From contig NC_043003.1 of NCBI RefSeq assembly GCF_006345805.1, forward strand, positions 93,062,001-93,126,000: a stretch of DNA of 64,000 nucleotides, written 5' to 3'. Of this stretch, positions 35,098-49,009 are shown piece by piece. The translations under genes were made by a program, and so were the position numbers. The number at the start of each line of letters is the position of its first letter. The stretch's first letter is position 1. Under the pieces are notes generated by a model. It saw nothing but the letters and a program-made list of their open reading frames with translations, did not search any database and was not told the origin of the DNA. The DNA comes from Octopus sinensis (lineage: Eukaryota).

Positions 35098-36813
35098 TAG
35101 TAGAATAGTAGCCTATATCTATAAAACAGTCCTTGGACGAAAATTGTATGCACATTTTGCTTTGATGGTTAATGGTGGCTGAACTGAGGCTAGGATTGAG
35201 CTGAAAATTGGCAGGGATACTAAATGCGTGGTGAGGATGAGACCTGTGATGGTTAAAATTCGTAAGCTATAAAGATGTGGTTGCTATGGCAAAAAGAGTG
35301 ATTTTTTTTATCGATTCAAGGGGGCCCAGAGCACCTCTAGGTTTGTGCGATTGGCTTTTAATGCCCAGCGGCATGCACTGCAGGCTGTTGTGCTTAATAA
35401 ACTTACATTTTTCGCGAAATTCCGGCTACTAGGAAACGATTTTTCATTGTGAAAAAACGAGTGCTTTTTGCCCTCATTTTCTTTTTAATCTTTTTATAAA
35501 AGTGAAAGGATTTCGTCTAATTATTTCTGCTGTCCACTTACGATGGTGATTCAATTGATTAGGAAAACTATATGTGATGAATATCCAAAACAATCTTAAT
35601 CTACATATTGAAACTGCATTAAACTTTGGTAAGCTTACCTTTACCTATTCTGAGTTACTTGAAAGCTGATGTTCCCTTCCCTCTCTTCTGATTGTTGATA
35701 CCTTTTTTTTTTTACCTTCGATACCGTTGTTTCACTTTAAGGATGCTTCTTTACCCAACCATTATGATATTTCGACTGCTGTCCATTGTTTCAAATAGAT
35801 TTTAGCATTGTCATTCTAGCCTTTTTTAAACCTTCACATTTGATTTGTCCCAAAGAATCAACCTTTAAATAAGAGTTTTGCTTCCACTAGCAGGAAGCTC
35901 CATACCATTTTAACTTTATGAAGCATTCACTGTTAGTTTATGTGCACGCTATGTGGGAAGATAGAATAAAGGGGCTTTTGTTAGCTTTTCTCTCCGAAAA
36001 AATTAACTCCCTTTGCTGTTGAAAAAAATAAACTTGCAGAGGGGAAGTTTCAACATCTTCCTTCAATTTCCTTACACCATTTATGTGGCTGTTTCTGACA
36101 AGAAATTTTGCTTTCATGTAAAACAACTATATTTTGTAGTCATTATCCGTAATCTACTCCCCAAACACTTCAGTAGTTCTACTTTACATCGCTTGCAAAC
36201 TTATATGTTCTATGATAATCAAAGTGCAATGACCTCCACAATAACCAGCCTTCAATTTGGCTTTCCGTTCCTAGGTTAATTGAAAACAGATTGCCAAGCT
36301 ACACGTAAAGCTTCTCGGTAGTTCAATTATTTGGTGAAAAAAATACCACAAAAGCAACTTAAACCGTCCAAAGGATGGGTGCGTTTGCTAGTTTAACTGC
36401 TATTTTTAAATTTCGGTATTTTGTGAAGCAAATTTTGCTGAACCATAATTATAAATATACTCATAATTATAGAATTTCTGTATAAGTTTACTGATAATGA
36501 TTCTTTTAACATACCGAACGACTTGGTAAAATTGTTAATTATTAATTAATTTTACCCTTTATTATTATTGATTATATATATATATATATATATATATATA
36601 GGTGCAGGCATGACTGTGTAGTATGAAGCTTGCTTCCCATCAACATGGTTCTGGGTTCAGTTCCACTGTGTGGAACCTTGGACAAGTTGGGCAAGTGTCT
36701 TCTATTTTAGCCTCAGGCAGACAAAGCCTTGTGAGTGGATTTGGTAGACAGAAACTGAAAGTAGTCCATCGTGTGTGTGTGTGTATATATATAAAACACT
36801 GTATGTATGTATG

Positions 36814-36856
<43 letters not shown>

Positions 36857-36861
36857 CTATG

Positions 36862-36901
<40 letters not shown>

Positions 36902-37000
36902 AATTTATATAAATAAGGATAAGATCGTTATTTAAATATCAAATTTATCAAGTGGCCAGCATGAGAATAAAAACCTTCAAAGGTAATAATTATTATTAAA

Positions 37001-37213
37001 ATTATAGTTTAGGGAATCTAAGAGATACCACTACGCTTGAAATAGCAGCCAAAACTTGACTCTAAGACTACATTAAATGTTCATACAGCACTGGATATTT
37101 TGTCATTTTGTCTTCTCGTTTGGTGCTGTATGAACATTTAATGAGGTCTTAGAGTCAAGTTTTGGCTACTATTTCAAGCGTGGTGGTATCTCTTAGATAC
37201 CCTAAATTATAAT
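37001..37213. mobile_element. Hairpin MITE with 91-bp inverted arms and 31-nt loop
   Basis: 37001-37091 versus 37123-37213, about 6 mismatches. Confidence 0.8.
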
Positions 37214-38154
37214 ATCTATATCTATCTATATTTGTCTGTCTATAAATCTGTAGTTAGATATATTCAATGAGAATATTAGATACTGAATTTATATTGAGTG
37301 CACTATAGTATCAAAGTTTTAATACTATTAAAGTATTTATGTATTTAATATGAGCAATTATATATATTTTATAACATATTATTATTAATATCAGGAAATC
37401 AATATTAGAAAATTCTTCAGAAAGATATATACTTGTGTAAAATAATTGTTGTATTAAAAATATAAATATATATAAATATATGTAAATATGTATAAGTATA
37501 AATAAATAATGTATATGACAGTTTAAAAGTTTTGAATTAAGTTTTTAAAGCATCTTACGATCGTTTCGCAGAAGTGGTGTCCCTATAATGGAATCCTACA
37601 TTGATAAGCATTTATAGGTAACTCTTCTGCTCTTCAGAGATATATAAATTTGAATTTTGTATAATATATCGAATGGTAGTTTTATTTAAAATTTGAAGTA
37701 ATACTATAAAATGGTGTTTGTTTGAAATATAAATTAAAAATTACTGCTTTTGATTTTGGTAAGTACACTTTAGTATGAGAATCTTGAAATTCACATATGC
37801 CTCCTTGGTAATTCTTCTGTTGCAATCCATAATAATTATGTATAAAATCCATTATATTGTCCTGTATTCCAAATATAGTTTATAGACTTAAATAATATAA
37901 AATAAAATTATATTTGAAATTATATGTGAAGTTATAAAATTATAAATTGGTCAAAATATTTCTTTTATATTTTTATAATTGGAAGATGCCAATTAAAATT
38001 TTTAGATTTTTAAATTTAATGCAATTATAACTGTCCATTTGTTACAGATTAGATGTACACAGGTTCTAATTCCTAGAATATCTATTCAATCTTTAATGTA
38101 TAATTTATATCATGTAAATGTGCGTATAGTCAAATAATTCTAATTAATTTATCA

Positions 38155-39417
38155 TAGCTGCGGCCCATGCTGATGCACCGCCATTTTGCTACACTGTTGT
38201 TACTGAGAGCCTCCTCCAATATGTGGCACTTGGTGAAGAATGGAGTTTGATGTAGCTACCCTCATTTGCACCTCTTGCCATGAGGTAGGCTCATCTGGGA
38301 CTCTTGACAGAAAGTGGTCAAGCTTTGATTTAAAAACGCCTACATCTACTTTGTGCAGGTTCTTCAGGCTCTTTGGGAGAATATTTAAAAGCTGTGGGCC
38401 CCTGAAACCCAGGCTGTTGCAGTAACTGGTCCTGAAGTGCGATGGCATTGCTGGGATCTTTGGCACTATGCAGTGTTGTCCTGTTCTGACACTGGTGTAG
38501 CTTTCAATGCCAAAATTTGGCACAACTCCTCCAGGATCTTCCAGATATATATTACTGCATACCTCTTCTGCTGTCTCTCAAGAGAGTAGCGTTTTAGCTG
38601 TTTCAGCCTTTTCCAGTTGCTGAGCAGTTGCAAAGAGACGATCTTCTTTGGATTGCTTCAAGGTCTGCTGTTAATTTCACACTGGTGGGTGATCATAACT
38701 GTGAGCAGTAATCCAGGCGGCTGAGGACGAATGTCTTCCAGAGGACCATCATGGTTTCCTTATCTCTAGTTCTGAATGTTCTTAGGATCCATCCAGCCAA
38801 TTGTCTGCAATTTGTTGCCATCCTGTTAATGTGCACTTGGAAAGAGGTATCATCAATCATGTCGATACCCAGGTCCCTCACTGATTTAGGCTCTGGGATT
38901 GAAATTCTCTGTAGACCAGTGTACCCTGTAAGTTTCATATTCAGTTTTGGATGCTGGTAGTGCAGGGCTTGGAAATTTTTGCAGCATTAAACTTCATATT
39001 ATCATCCTCTGCCCATCTGAGATCATGCAGCTTGTGGGATATCATACCATGATCCACCTTGTCAAAAGCTTTTGCAAAATCAAGGTATATTACATCCACA
39101 TTTGAGTTGTTGAGTAGCTGCTTCAACACCTTGTCATAATGCTGTAAGAGCTGGGTCAGGCAGCTCCTACCTGGTTGAAAGCCATGCTGGTTATTACTCA
39201 GCAAGGTATTTTCTTCAAGGAATGCGATTAGTTTCCCTCTGGCTATCCGTTCAATGACTTTGCTGATGTGTGAAGTCAGAGAGATAGGCCTATAGTTTTT
39301 GGCATCTGCTCTGCTTCCCCCTTTGTGGATTGGGCATATTATTCCCTTCTTCTGCTTGCTTGGCAGTCTTCCATTTGCAAGAAAGCTCTGGAAGAGAATC
39401 TGGAGGGGTTTTGAGAA
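38155..39417 (-). mobile_element. 5'-truncated, internally deleted CR1-like LINE (RT and C-terminus)
   Basis: NYRPISLTS, QHGFQPGRSCLTQLL, YLDFAKAFDKVDH, then an abrupt jump to WAEDDNMKFN, VRDLG, RLDYCSQL and a C-terminal region ending in a stop at 38200. Confidence 0.9.
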
Positions 39418-39652
39418 ACGCGGAGTAGACAAAACAGGGACAACTGAAGAAGGGGAATATTCCTTGTGTTGTATGTCTTGTACTCTGTTTTTCCGGTGTT
39501 TGAAAAAAAGTTTGTTTCCATGTTTTTGTTTTTATGCTTTTGTTTCTCATTGTGTTCAACGTTTTTTTTGGTGTCCTGTACCCATATATGCATGTATATA
39601 TACATATAGATGTAGGTATGTACATATGCATATGTTTATATATCATTTATGT

Positions 39653-39701
<49 letters not shown>

Positions 39702-40037
39702 TAGATAGATAGATATATATACATTATGTAATATATGTACAGACTCCAAAGAGACTGGTGCTAGTCTGCATTGGTAAAATTTGTACTATTTAGAAAAATC
39801 CATAAATAGTATAATGAACTTGTAGTGAGTAGGAAATGCAATATTTGGGAAAAAGACCTTCAGATATGATTTAATCAGAGAAACATTGAAGAGTGACAGC
39901 AGAATTTTATCTTCTCATCCTCATGTGTTTGTGTGTGTGTGTGTACATACATTCATACACACACACACTCATGGACAAATGTTTGCACACAAATATATTA
40001 CTGTATTGAATAAGAATTAAGAAGTGAAGTTACTTAC

Positions 40038-40131
40038 TTTATTGTCCTCGATTTCCCCTACGACTGCATCAGGTTGAATATGACAGAAAGCAATTTCATC
40101 AAAATTACTGACAAATTCATCAAAAGGTATC
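40038..40131 (-). CDS. Calpain exon (WIPFDEFVSNFDEIAFCHIQPDAVVGEIEDNK)
   Basis: CTCTTCAG/GTAAGT, phase 2 to 0. Confidence 0.95.
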
Positions 40132-40369
40132 CTGAAGAGTTCAGAGAAAAAAAACAATATACCATTAAATAGATAAACAAAATTGTTTTTGAAAGATCAT
40201 ATATAGGCGCAGGAGTGGCTGTGTGGTAAGTAGCTTGTTTACCAACCACATGGTTCCGGGTTCAGTCCCACTGCGTGGCACCTTGGGCAAGTGCCTTCTG
40301 CTATAGTCTCGGGCCAACCAAAGCCTTGTGAGTGGATTTGGTAGACGGAAACTGAAAAGAAGCCCGTCG

Positions 40370-40402
<33 letters not shown>

Positions 40403-41723
40403 ATGCGTGTGTGTGTTTGTGTGTATGTTTGTCCCCCTAGCATTGCTTGATAACCGATGCTGGTGTGTTTATGTCCCCGTTACTTAGTGGTTCGGCAAAA
40501 GAGACCGATAGAATAAGTACTGGGCTTACAAAAGAATAAGTCCTGGGCTCGAGTTGCTTGATTAAAGGTGGTGCTCCAGCATGGCTGCAGTCAAATGACT
40601 GAAACAAGTAAAAGAGTAAAGAGAGAAGATATACATATATGCACACACAGACACACACACACACACACATTCAGATGCCCACCAATGACATCAGGTAAAG
40701 AATGCCATTATAGAAGTTTGTAAGGAAAACCAGTAAGCTCCAGTGGTCTGAAAATATACAAACCAAAGGAAATTCAAGTTGCAATGAAGTGAAGGAAACA
40801 CTGAATACATCAAAATAAAAAGTCCACTATAACTGAACTAAAACTGATAAGAGCTCATCATGAAATTTTTTTGATGTTTTTTTGAAACTGTCGTCTTCCT
40901 TTATAGCAGGTTACACCCATGATAAAATTGATCTTCTGTCACAATTTCCAGTCACTTCAGATATAAATGTTCACTTTATAAGTTTTGATATAAAAGTAGC
41001 TTTTATACAAACATTAATAGTGGTAGAAATCATTATTTCAAATCAACTCTGATCAACCTGCACACCACCTCCCTACCCACTCTGATTTAAGGAGTTTAAA
41101 TACTGATTATCTTGTTTGTCCTCCTTTTTTTTTCTTCAGATATGCTGTATCTGAGACTATATCCTCTAATGAGTCCTTTTTTTTTCTAAAATGGTAAGGT
41201 AATGTGGTACAAAGAAGATTTGGCTGCTACTTCTAGTTGGTTGAGTAACCACATATATTTGGCCACTGTGCTAAGATGACACGTACTATGGCCACTGTGC
41301 TAAGAAGCAGACAAGTAATGACAGGTTGAGAGAGATACCTGAAAACCTGATATTTCCCTCTGACAAAACTTAATAAGTACATTACTCATGATTTAATATT
41401 GCTGTTGTAAAATACTGGGTGGAAAAAAAGTTTATTTAGGATGCCGTTACACTTATTTTAGAAAGCAATTCACTCTATTTCAATGGAAAAATTTTTGACC
41501 ACACGTATTGAGCTATCATGAGTATAAGATTGGCACCTATTTATGCACCCTTGTTATGGGATGCTTAGAACAGAAGCTGTATTGAGAAGTGATCAAAATC
41601 AGTATTAACTTTATCAGACACACTGAATCATCATGGAAGAATTATCATCTAAATAATCTACCCTTGGTTATTAAGTTGACAAGAGAAATAAGTAGCTGTG
41701 AATTACCATTTCTGGATATAATA

Positions 41724-41763
<40 letters not shown>

Positions 41764-42755
41764 TAATAATAATAATCATCATCATCATCGTTTAATGTCC
41801 GCTTTCCATGCTAGCATGGGTTGGACGGTTCTACTGGGGTCTGGGAAGCCCGAAGGCTGCACCAAGCCCAGTCAGATCTAGCAGTGTTTCTACAGCTGCA
41901 TGCCCTTCCTAATGCCAACCACTCCGTGATTGTAGTGGGTGCTTTTTATGTGCCACCGACACAGGTGCCAGACAAGGCTGGTGAACGGCCACGCTTGGAT
42001 GGTGCTTTTTATGTGCCACCGGCACAGAGGCCAGGTGAGGCTGGTAACGGCCACGATCGGATAGTGTTTAGTAATAATAAAGAAACTAATATAACAATTG
42101 ACATTTTTACAAAAAACACTGATGTTGATCAACTTTTAAACTTTGATTCAAGCGTTCTACCCCATACAGAAAAAAAAAAAAAATCATTGTCTAACTTAGA
42201 AAATATGCATAATAATTCAAGATGGAGAAACTAGAAAAAAAATGCTTGCAAGATCTTGAAGGATTCTTAACCATCCAGAAATATTTGCTACCATGGAATA
42301 AAAGTTAAACAGATACTGATACAACTTCACTCAATATGAGAAAGGGAAGCTTCTGAAAAAGATAAGATGCCCTTTATTTTATCCATAACCAATGCAATGA
42401 AAATATTTTAATGTAGTAAAAGAAATTCTGCTGGTCCTTGTGAAGAGTACACAACTACACCAAATGATCAATGAAGCAAAATTGATAGAAAATAAAACAC
42501 TGCTGAAAATTTTAAATGGCTAAGATTTAAAATGGCCAAAATTTGACCATGATGAGGGCAGAAAAATATAGAGTAAATGTATGTAGTGAAAGTGGATGTG
42601 TTACTTGTCAATATGTTTATATTGCTAGACAAAATCCAGTACATCCATCCCAAATATCTTGCACTGTCTACGTTAGAAAATATATACAATAGTTGAGGAT
42701 GAAGAAACTATAGAACAAATGTTTGCAAGGCCTGAAAGGATTCTTAATGAGCCAG

Positions 42756-42794
<39 letters not shown>

Positions 42795-43447
42795 GTATAT
42801 ATATAGCTTGACTGGCTTCCGTGCCGGTAGCACGTAAAAAGCACCATCTGAATCGTGACTGATGCCAGCGACGCCTTGACTGGCTTCCGTGTCGGTAGCA
42901 TGTAAAATGCACCAATCCGATCATGGCCATTGCCAGCCTCGCCTGGCACCTGTGCAGGTGGCACGCAAAAAGCACCCACTACACTCATGGAGTGGTTGGT
43001 GTTAGGAAGGGCATCCAGCTGTAGAAACACTGCCAGATTAGACACGAGCCTGGTGCAGCCTTCTGGCTTCCCAGATTCCCGGTCGAACCGTCCAACCCAT
43101 GCTAGCATGGAGAACGGACGTTAAACGATGATGATGATAGCGTGATCGTTACCAGCATCACCGGTGGCATGGGAAAAAATATTTGAGCGAGGTCGTTGCC
43201 GGTGTTGCTGGACTGGCTCCTGTGCAGGTGGCACATAAAGAACACTATTTGAGCATGGCCATTGCCAGTACCACCTGACTGGCTCTCATGCCGGTGGCAC
43301 GTAAAAACACCCACCACACTCTTGGAGTGGTTGGTGTTAGGAAGGGCATCCAGTTGTAGAAATTCTGCCAGATCAGATTGGAGATGGTGCAGCCATCTGG
43401 TTCGCCAGTCCTCAGTCAAATCGTCCAACCCATGCCAGCATGGAAAG

Positions 43448-43491
<44 letters not shown>

Positions 43492-44333
43492 GTATATATA
43501 TATACCCAGGCCTATTCCCCACTTTTTAGGAGGTGGTAGCCACAACAAGACACACATCAGGCATTCCATTCATTCCCCAGCTCAAAGAGGCAAACCCCCT
43601 TCTACGCTCAGGTCAAGGCATAGAATGCAACCCCCATTATCAGAAGCGGGGCCCGGTAGCATATGCTACCGGAACACATACGTCATAGAAACTGGGCCCA
43701 TGAGCCTGGCTAGGCTTTAAAAAGGGTGAATTTATTTTTTATTAAGTGCAGCAGTTGCAAAAATATTTATATTGGACAAACTAAAAAGTCATTGATTGAG
43801 AGAGTTCAAATACAAACAACACTTACAACAACTATATTCCAGAAAGATTCCTTTAACTGCTTCGTGTTTAGATAGGTTGTATCCAACCCAAATATTCTAT
43901 TCATTTTATACTCAAACTGACCAGAACCAGCATCTCACACGTACCCTGCTATGTCATTCTAAAATTAAACAATTACATCTTTCACATCTTGAAACTACAA
44001 GATAATACCAGATTAATTGTTTAAATGCAAATAAATAAGGATTACCTCTGACATAATAATCTGAATGTTAAAGAGTTAAGCAAACATCTGGATGACAGTA
44101 GTAGAAAGACTTAAAAAAAAAGGTTTCTTTTTTTTTTCAAATGGACCTAGTGGAAGGTCCATTATGGAGAAATATTTTAAGGAAAAATGCAAAGCAAAGT
44201 AAAATATAGATTATTATTAAGAAAGTCTTGTTTTTCAGGCCTTGTGCCCATAATAAAACAGATTATTAAGAATATTTAGCTTCACATCAATATTTTACTG
44301 TGTTTTGTGAATTTTGCAACAGTAATCTCCCTT

Positions 44334-44369
<36 letters not shown>

Positions 44370-44566
44370 TCTATGATATTACATAGTCGCATTAGTCATT
44401 AGTTGCAACAGTGATCTCACAGGAGCCCCAATTGGTCATGAGCGCTGTCTCTCTTTGTTTATATAAAAGATTAAAAAAAAAAATATTGCTGGGAAATATT
44501 TCTTATTGCCTCGATGAAAATTTTTGTTGTCTCAAAATGAAGATAATCAACTTGAAGAATACTCAC

Positions 44567-44644
44567 CAGAACTCTCCATCTTCTGCATTAACAACTTCAA
44601 GTTCCAGTTTCTTGTCAGCTGGAAGATTTCTCATTTCAAATGAT
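44567..44644 (-). CDS. Calpain exon (SFEMRNLPADKKLELEVVNAEDGEFW)
   Basis: EDGEFW motif, GATATAG/GTGAGT. Confidence 0.93.
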
Positions 44645-46374
44645 CTATATCAAAATATAATGGTATTTTGTTACTAGTACATATATTAGAGTTACAATTA
44701 AATCACTGCTTAAGACTATGAGTTGGTTCCAAGTTGTTAACATCTTAAAATGATTTACTGAAAGGATAAATTATCAAAAGGTGTCAATAACTTCACTTTA
44801 GAGATCTATCTGATAAAGGAGGAAACTGTAAGAGGCTGAGTTGTTGGAGTACTTGTCTACCGAGTGAACAGCCAACGTTTCATATTCTATACCTGGTACT
44901 TTACCACGAGGCATATCTTGTATAAGAATGCTACTAAATATACATATTTATAACTAGGTACATAGGTATATACAATGCAGCACTGCAAGTAACAGGAGCA
45001 CTGTATAGTTAAGGATTGGTTAGTTTGCAGTACTGAGTTTGTCCCTTTATGAATCTCAGATAGGAGAACTCTTGTCTATGTTCTTCAAATATGAAATCCT
45101 GAAATCAGTGAAGTTATACTGAGTTCCATCTCCCTATGAAGATTTTGATGGCATAAAAGCTGTTGGACACCCGCACACTACCTAACAATCCTTGCAGTTT
45201 CTATGACATTATTCTTTTTCTAAAGATACACCAGGAAGAAAAAAAAAAGCTAGATTTAAAATTAACTTTAAGTCTTTTAATAGTACCATGCTGGGCACAT
45301 TTTTAAAAGGGAGAACAAAGAAAATTTTGAAATAGATATAGAACCATGAAGGCATCATAAACAAAGGAAATAAGGTCTAGTGACCTTATATTTTTATGTC
45401 ATCTTTCAGTGAGTAGAACCAGGCAACTTTCAATCTTTACCTGGATTATTTTACTTCATTACTCTTCATTTATTCTATTAACCACCCCTCTTACTTAAAA
45501 AAACAAAAAAACAATTACATTTCTGTTGAAACACAGAACATTAATTTCAAATGATTTTTGAAATAATGAAGATTATAGTAAAATAACAGCCATGCTTAAG
45601 CTGTGTTTGGAACAAATTAAGATGAAATTTTGATAGAAGATTATAATTTAGATCACTTTAAAACAAAGTTTGAGTCATAGAACCAAAACCATCCTCAAGT
45701 GATTTGGTATCGAATGGATTAAAGTGCTTATGGGAGATGCAAGTGATATTTTCTAATTTCTTGTTCTTCAAAAATCTGTAGGGACTCATACCAAAAAAGT
45801 AAGAGAGTTCCAGATATTCATTGTTGGTGTAGAGTATAGTAATAAACAATGTGATATTACTGGTATTCTGGTTGTTGGTCAGTTTTGGTTAGCTCTTCTT
45901 GAACACATCTGTGACATTTCAGTTGACAATTAAATAGTTTCAATCTATCAATGAATCAGCGATCATCATTTTCATCATCATTTAATGTTCATTGTCCAGG
46001 AACATTGGTTGGATGGTTTGACCAGAGCTGGCAAGCTTGGGAGCTGCACCAGGAGGTTCCAATCTGATTTGACACGGTTTCTACAGCTGGATGCTCTTGC
46101 TAACACAGACCACTTTACAGAGTGTGCTGAGTGCTTTTATGTGGCACCACATGGGTGCTTTTACATGGTGCTGCACGGGCACTTGTATGTGTGGTACATA
46201 GCATATGTATATATAGTATACATGATCATAAATGTCATTTTGGGTTGAATTTCATTGCATGCAGCCATCTCCATCTGTATTAAGTATTATTTTGTCTTTT
46301 TATTATTTTATCTATTAAAAAATGAAAAAAGAAAACAAAATACTCAAAATAGAAGTAGAAATAATATAACATAC

Positions 46375-46460
46375 GTATCAGACCAAGGACCATTCCATTC
46401 ACCCTTTCCCCATGGGTTTCTGAGACGCAGCAAATTATGCACTTTCTTATTTAATTCCAC
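46375..46460 (-). CDS. Calpain exon with catalytic Asn ([28 protein letters not shown])
   Basis: RNPWG...[22 protein letters not shown], 86 nt. Confidence 0.97.
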
Positions 46461-46906
46461 CTGTAAAGAGAGTATATCAATCTACAACTGACTGCTATAA
46501 TATGTGTGGTTTGATTCCTATGTCTCTTTTATATTTTGCATGATATAAATCTTTTATCTTTTACTTGTTTCGGTCATTTGACTGTGGCCATGCTGAGGCA
46601 CTGCCTTGAAGGGTCGACTCAAGTTAACCAACCCTGAACTTATTTTTTTTAAAGCTTGCTATTTATACTATAAGTCTTTCTTTTTGCTGAACTGCTAAGA
46701 AGTTATGAGGTCATAAACAAACCAACACTGGCTATCAAGTGGTGATGGGAAGGGACAAACACGAAGACATTTACAGGTATATATATATTGTTGTATTTCA
46801 GAATGGTCATTTTGCCAGTTTAGCCAATAAAAACACACGCACTATATATTTGGTGTTACTTTGCTTCAGTGTTATTTATTTATTACATTAATCTTAATCT
46901 TATTTC

Positions 46907-46951
46907 GGCCAGAGTTCTTTGGTCACACTCCTGTGACCGCATCAATGGTCC
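46907..46951 (-). pseudogene. Degenerate hammerhead-like motif (family of 22012-22056), sense to calpain
   Basis: GGACCA-TTGATGC-GGTCACA-GGAG-TGTGACC-AAA-GAACTC-TGGCC: C3, A9 and G12 are altered. Confidence 0.5.
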
Positions 46952-47414
46952 TTTGCTTTCTTCTTTCTTATTTGTGCCTCTCCTTACTAACTGTCAGCCA
47001 TTTTGTATTTCTATTGCACGTGTCTTCATTTGCGCATGCGTATATCTCTATGTGCATCTTTGTTTAGTTAGTGTGTGTGTATGTGGGGAAATGCCTGTAA
47101 TATTTGTATCTTCTGTTTATACACGTTCGTGTAATTTGTTTTTGTTTATTCTTATTTTGTTCATGTGTTTACACCCACTTATTATTATTATTTTTATGTA
47201 TGCTTGTATGTATGTATAACAACAATACTAGTAATAAAAAAAATAAAAATAAAATAGTCAGGAACAAATGATAAAATTGAATACCAAGCTTTGAAATTAT
47301 GAAAATTTTACTATATAGGTGCAGGCATGGCTGAACACTCTCCATTTCTACAACTAAAAGGTGATGCTCCAGCATGGTCACAGTCAAATGACTGAAACAA
47401 GTAAAAGAACAAAA

Positions 47415-47449
<35 letters not shown>

Positions 47450-48919
47450 AGAATATATATATATTTCTTTTGTTCTTTTACTTGTTTCAGTCATTTGACT
47501 GTGGCCCTGCTGGAGCATCAACTTTTAATTGTAGAAATCCACCCCAGGACTTATTCTTTGTAAGCCTGCTACTTATTCTATTGGATTTTTTTTTGCCGAA
47601 TTGCTAAGTTATGGGGATGAAACACGAACATCAATTGTCAAGCGATGGTGGGGGTGGGGGAACACACACATATATACACGATGAGCTTCTCTCAGTTTCC
47701 TTCTACCAGATTCACTCACAAGGCTTTGGTCAGCCTGAGGCTATAGTAAAAGACACTTGCTCAAGGTGCCATGCAGTGGGACTGAACCTGGGACCATGTG
47801 GTTGGAGAGTGTTCAGCCATGCCTGCACCTATATAGTAAAATTTTCATAATTTCAAAGCTTGGTATTCAATTTTATCATTTGTTCCTGACTATATGACTG
47901 CACTTGCATGGTTGATTTGAAAACAAATGTATAAGTATGCAGTAAATGTGGAATTTCAGTACATATTTGCTACATATTTATGCGTAGTCTTCGGCGATCC
48001 CACTGATGAAGTACAGATGACAAATTAATCTATTTGTTCATTTATACAGAAGCTTGGGATTAACTGTAAATAATTGTTGTTTTCATTCTCTTTGGAATGA
48101 CTTTTTTTAAGTAGTTTGGGTTTGGCTGCCCTCTCTAGCATGTAAGGCGTCCTGTAAAGGGTCACCACTTTGTATATAAATACAATTCACTTTTATATAT
48201 CAGTATGTATATGTATGTGTATATATATATATATATATATACACATACATACATACATATATATATATACATACATACACGACAGGCTTCTTTCAGTTTC
48301 CATCTACCAAATCCACTCACAAGGCTTTGTATATATGTATGTGTGTGTGTATATGTTTGTGTGTCTGTGTTTGTCCCCCCAAAATCGCTTGACAACCGAT
48401 GCTGGTGTGTTTACATCCCCGTAACTTAGCAGTTTGGCAAAAGAGACCAATAGAATAAGTACTAGGCTTACAGAGAATAAGTCCTGGGGTCGATTTGCTC
48501 GACTAAAGGCAGTGCTCCAGCATGGCCACAGTCAAATGACTGAGATAAGTAAAAGAGTATACACACAATCTGTGTGTTGATGCAGTTGCAAGGTTTGGTT
48601 GGAAAGTGTTCAGTAATTTTGCTTATTTTGCAGGTTTTGGAAGAATAAAGAACCATATGTGCGTGCGTGTGTGTGTGTGTGTGTGTATAGTATAAAAAAT
48701 TTATAATTTGCAATTCATTCTTCCTCTGAAAACAAAGAAATACCAAAAAATTTGAATAAAAACTTCAGAAACAAATTTCTGTTATATAATATAAAGCAAT
48801 TTATACAGTACAAGGAAGATGGTATTCCTAGAGTTTTGCTTAGTTTGCAGGTTTTGGAAGGGGAAAAAACCATAAGTGTGTGTGTGTGTAGTATAAATAT
48901 TTATAATTAGCGGACTGAC

Positions 48920-49009
48920 CTGGGCTACTTTAGTAATTGTATATGCATGACCCTCATATAAGCCATTCTCCCTTTTTGTTTCTTTGAGTGGCAGCATTTC
49001 ATTCTTCCT
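48920..49009 (-). CDS. Calpain exon with catalytic His (RKNEMLPLKETKRENGLYEGHAYTITKVAQ)
   Basis: GHAY motif, GATTTCAG/GTCAGT, 90 nt. Confidence 0.96.

Noticed and set aside
35150-36400. Decayed Tc1-like transposase on the minus strand
   Set aside because: Only vague motif resemblance; no DDE motif or TIR pair could be confirmed by eye.
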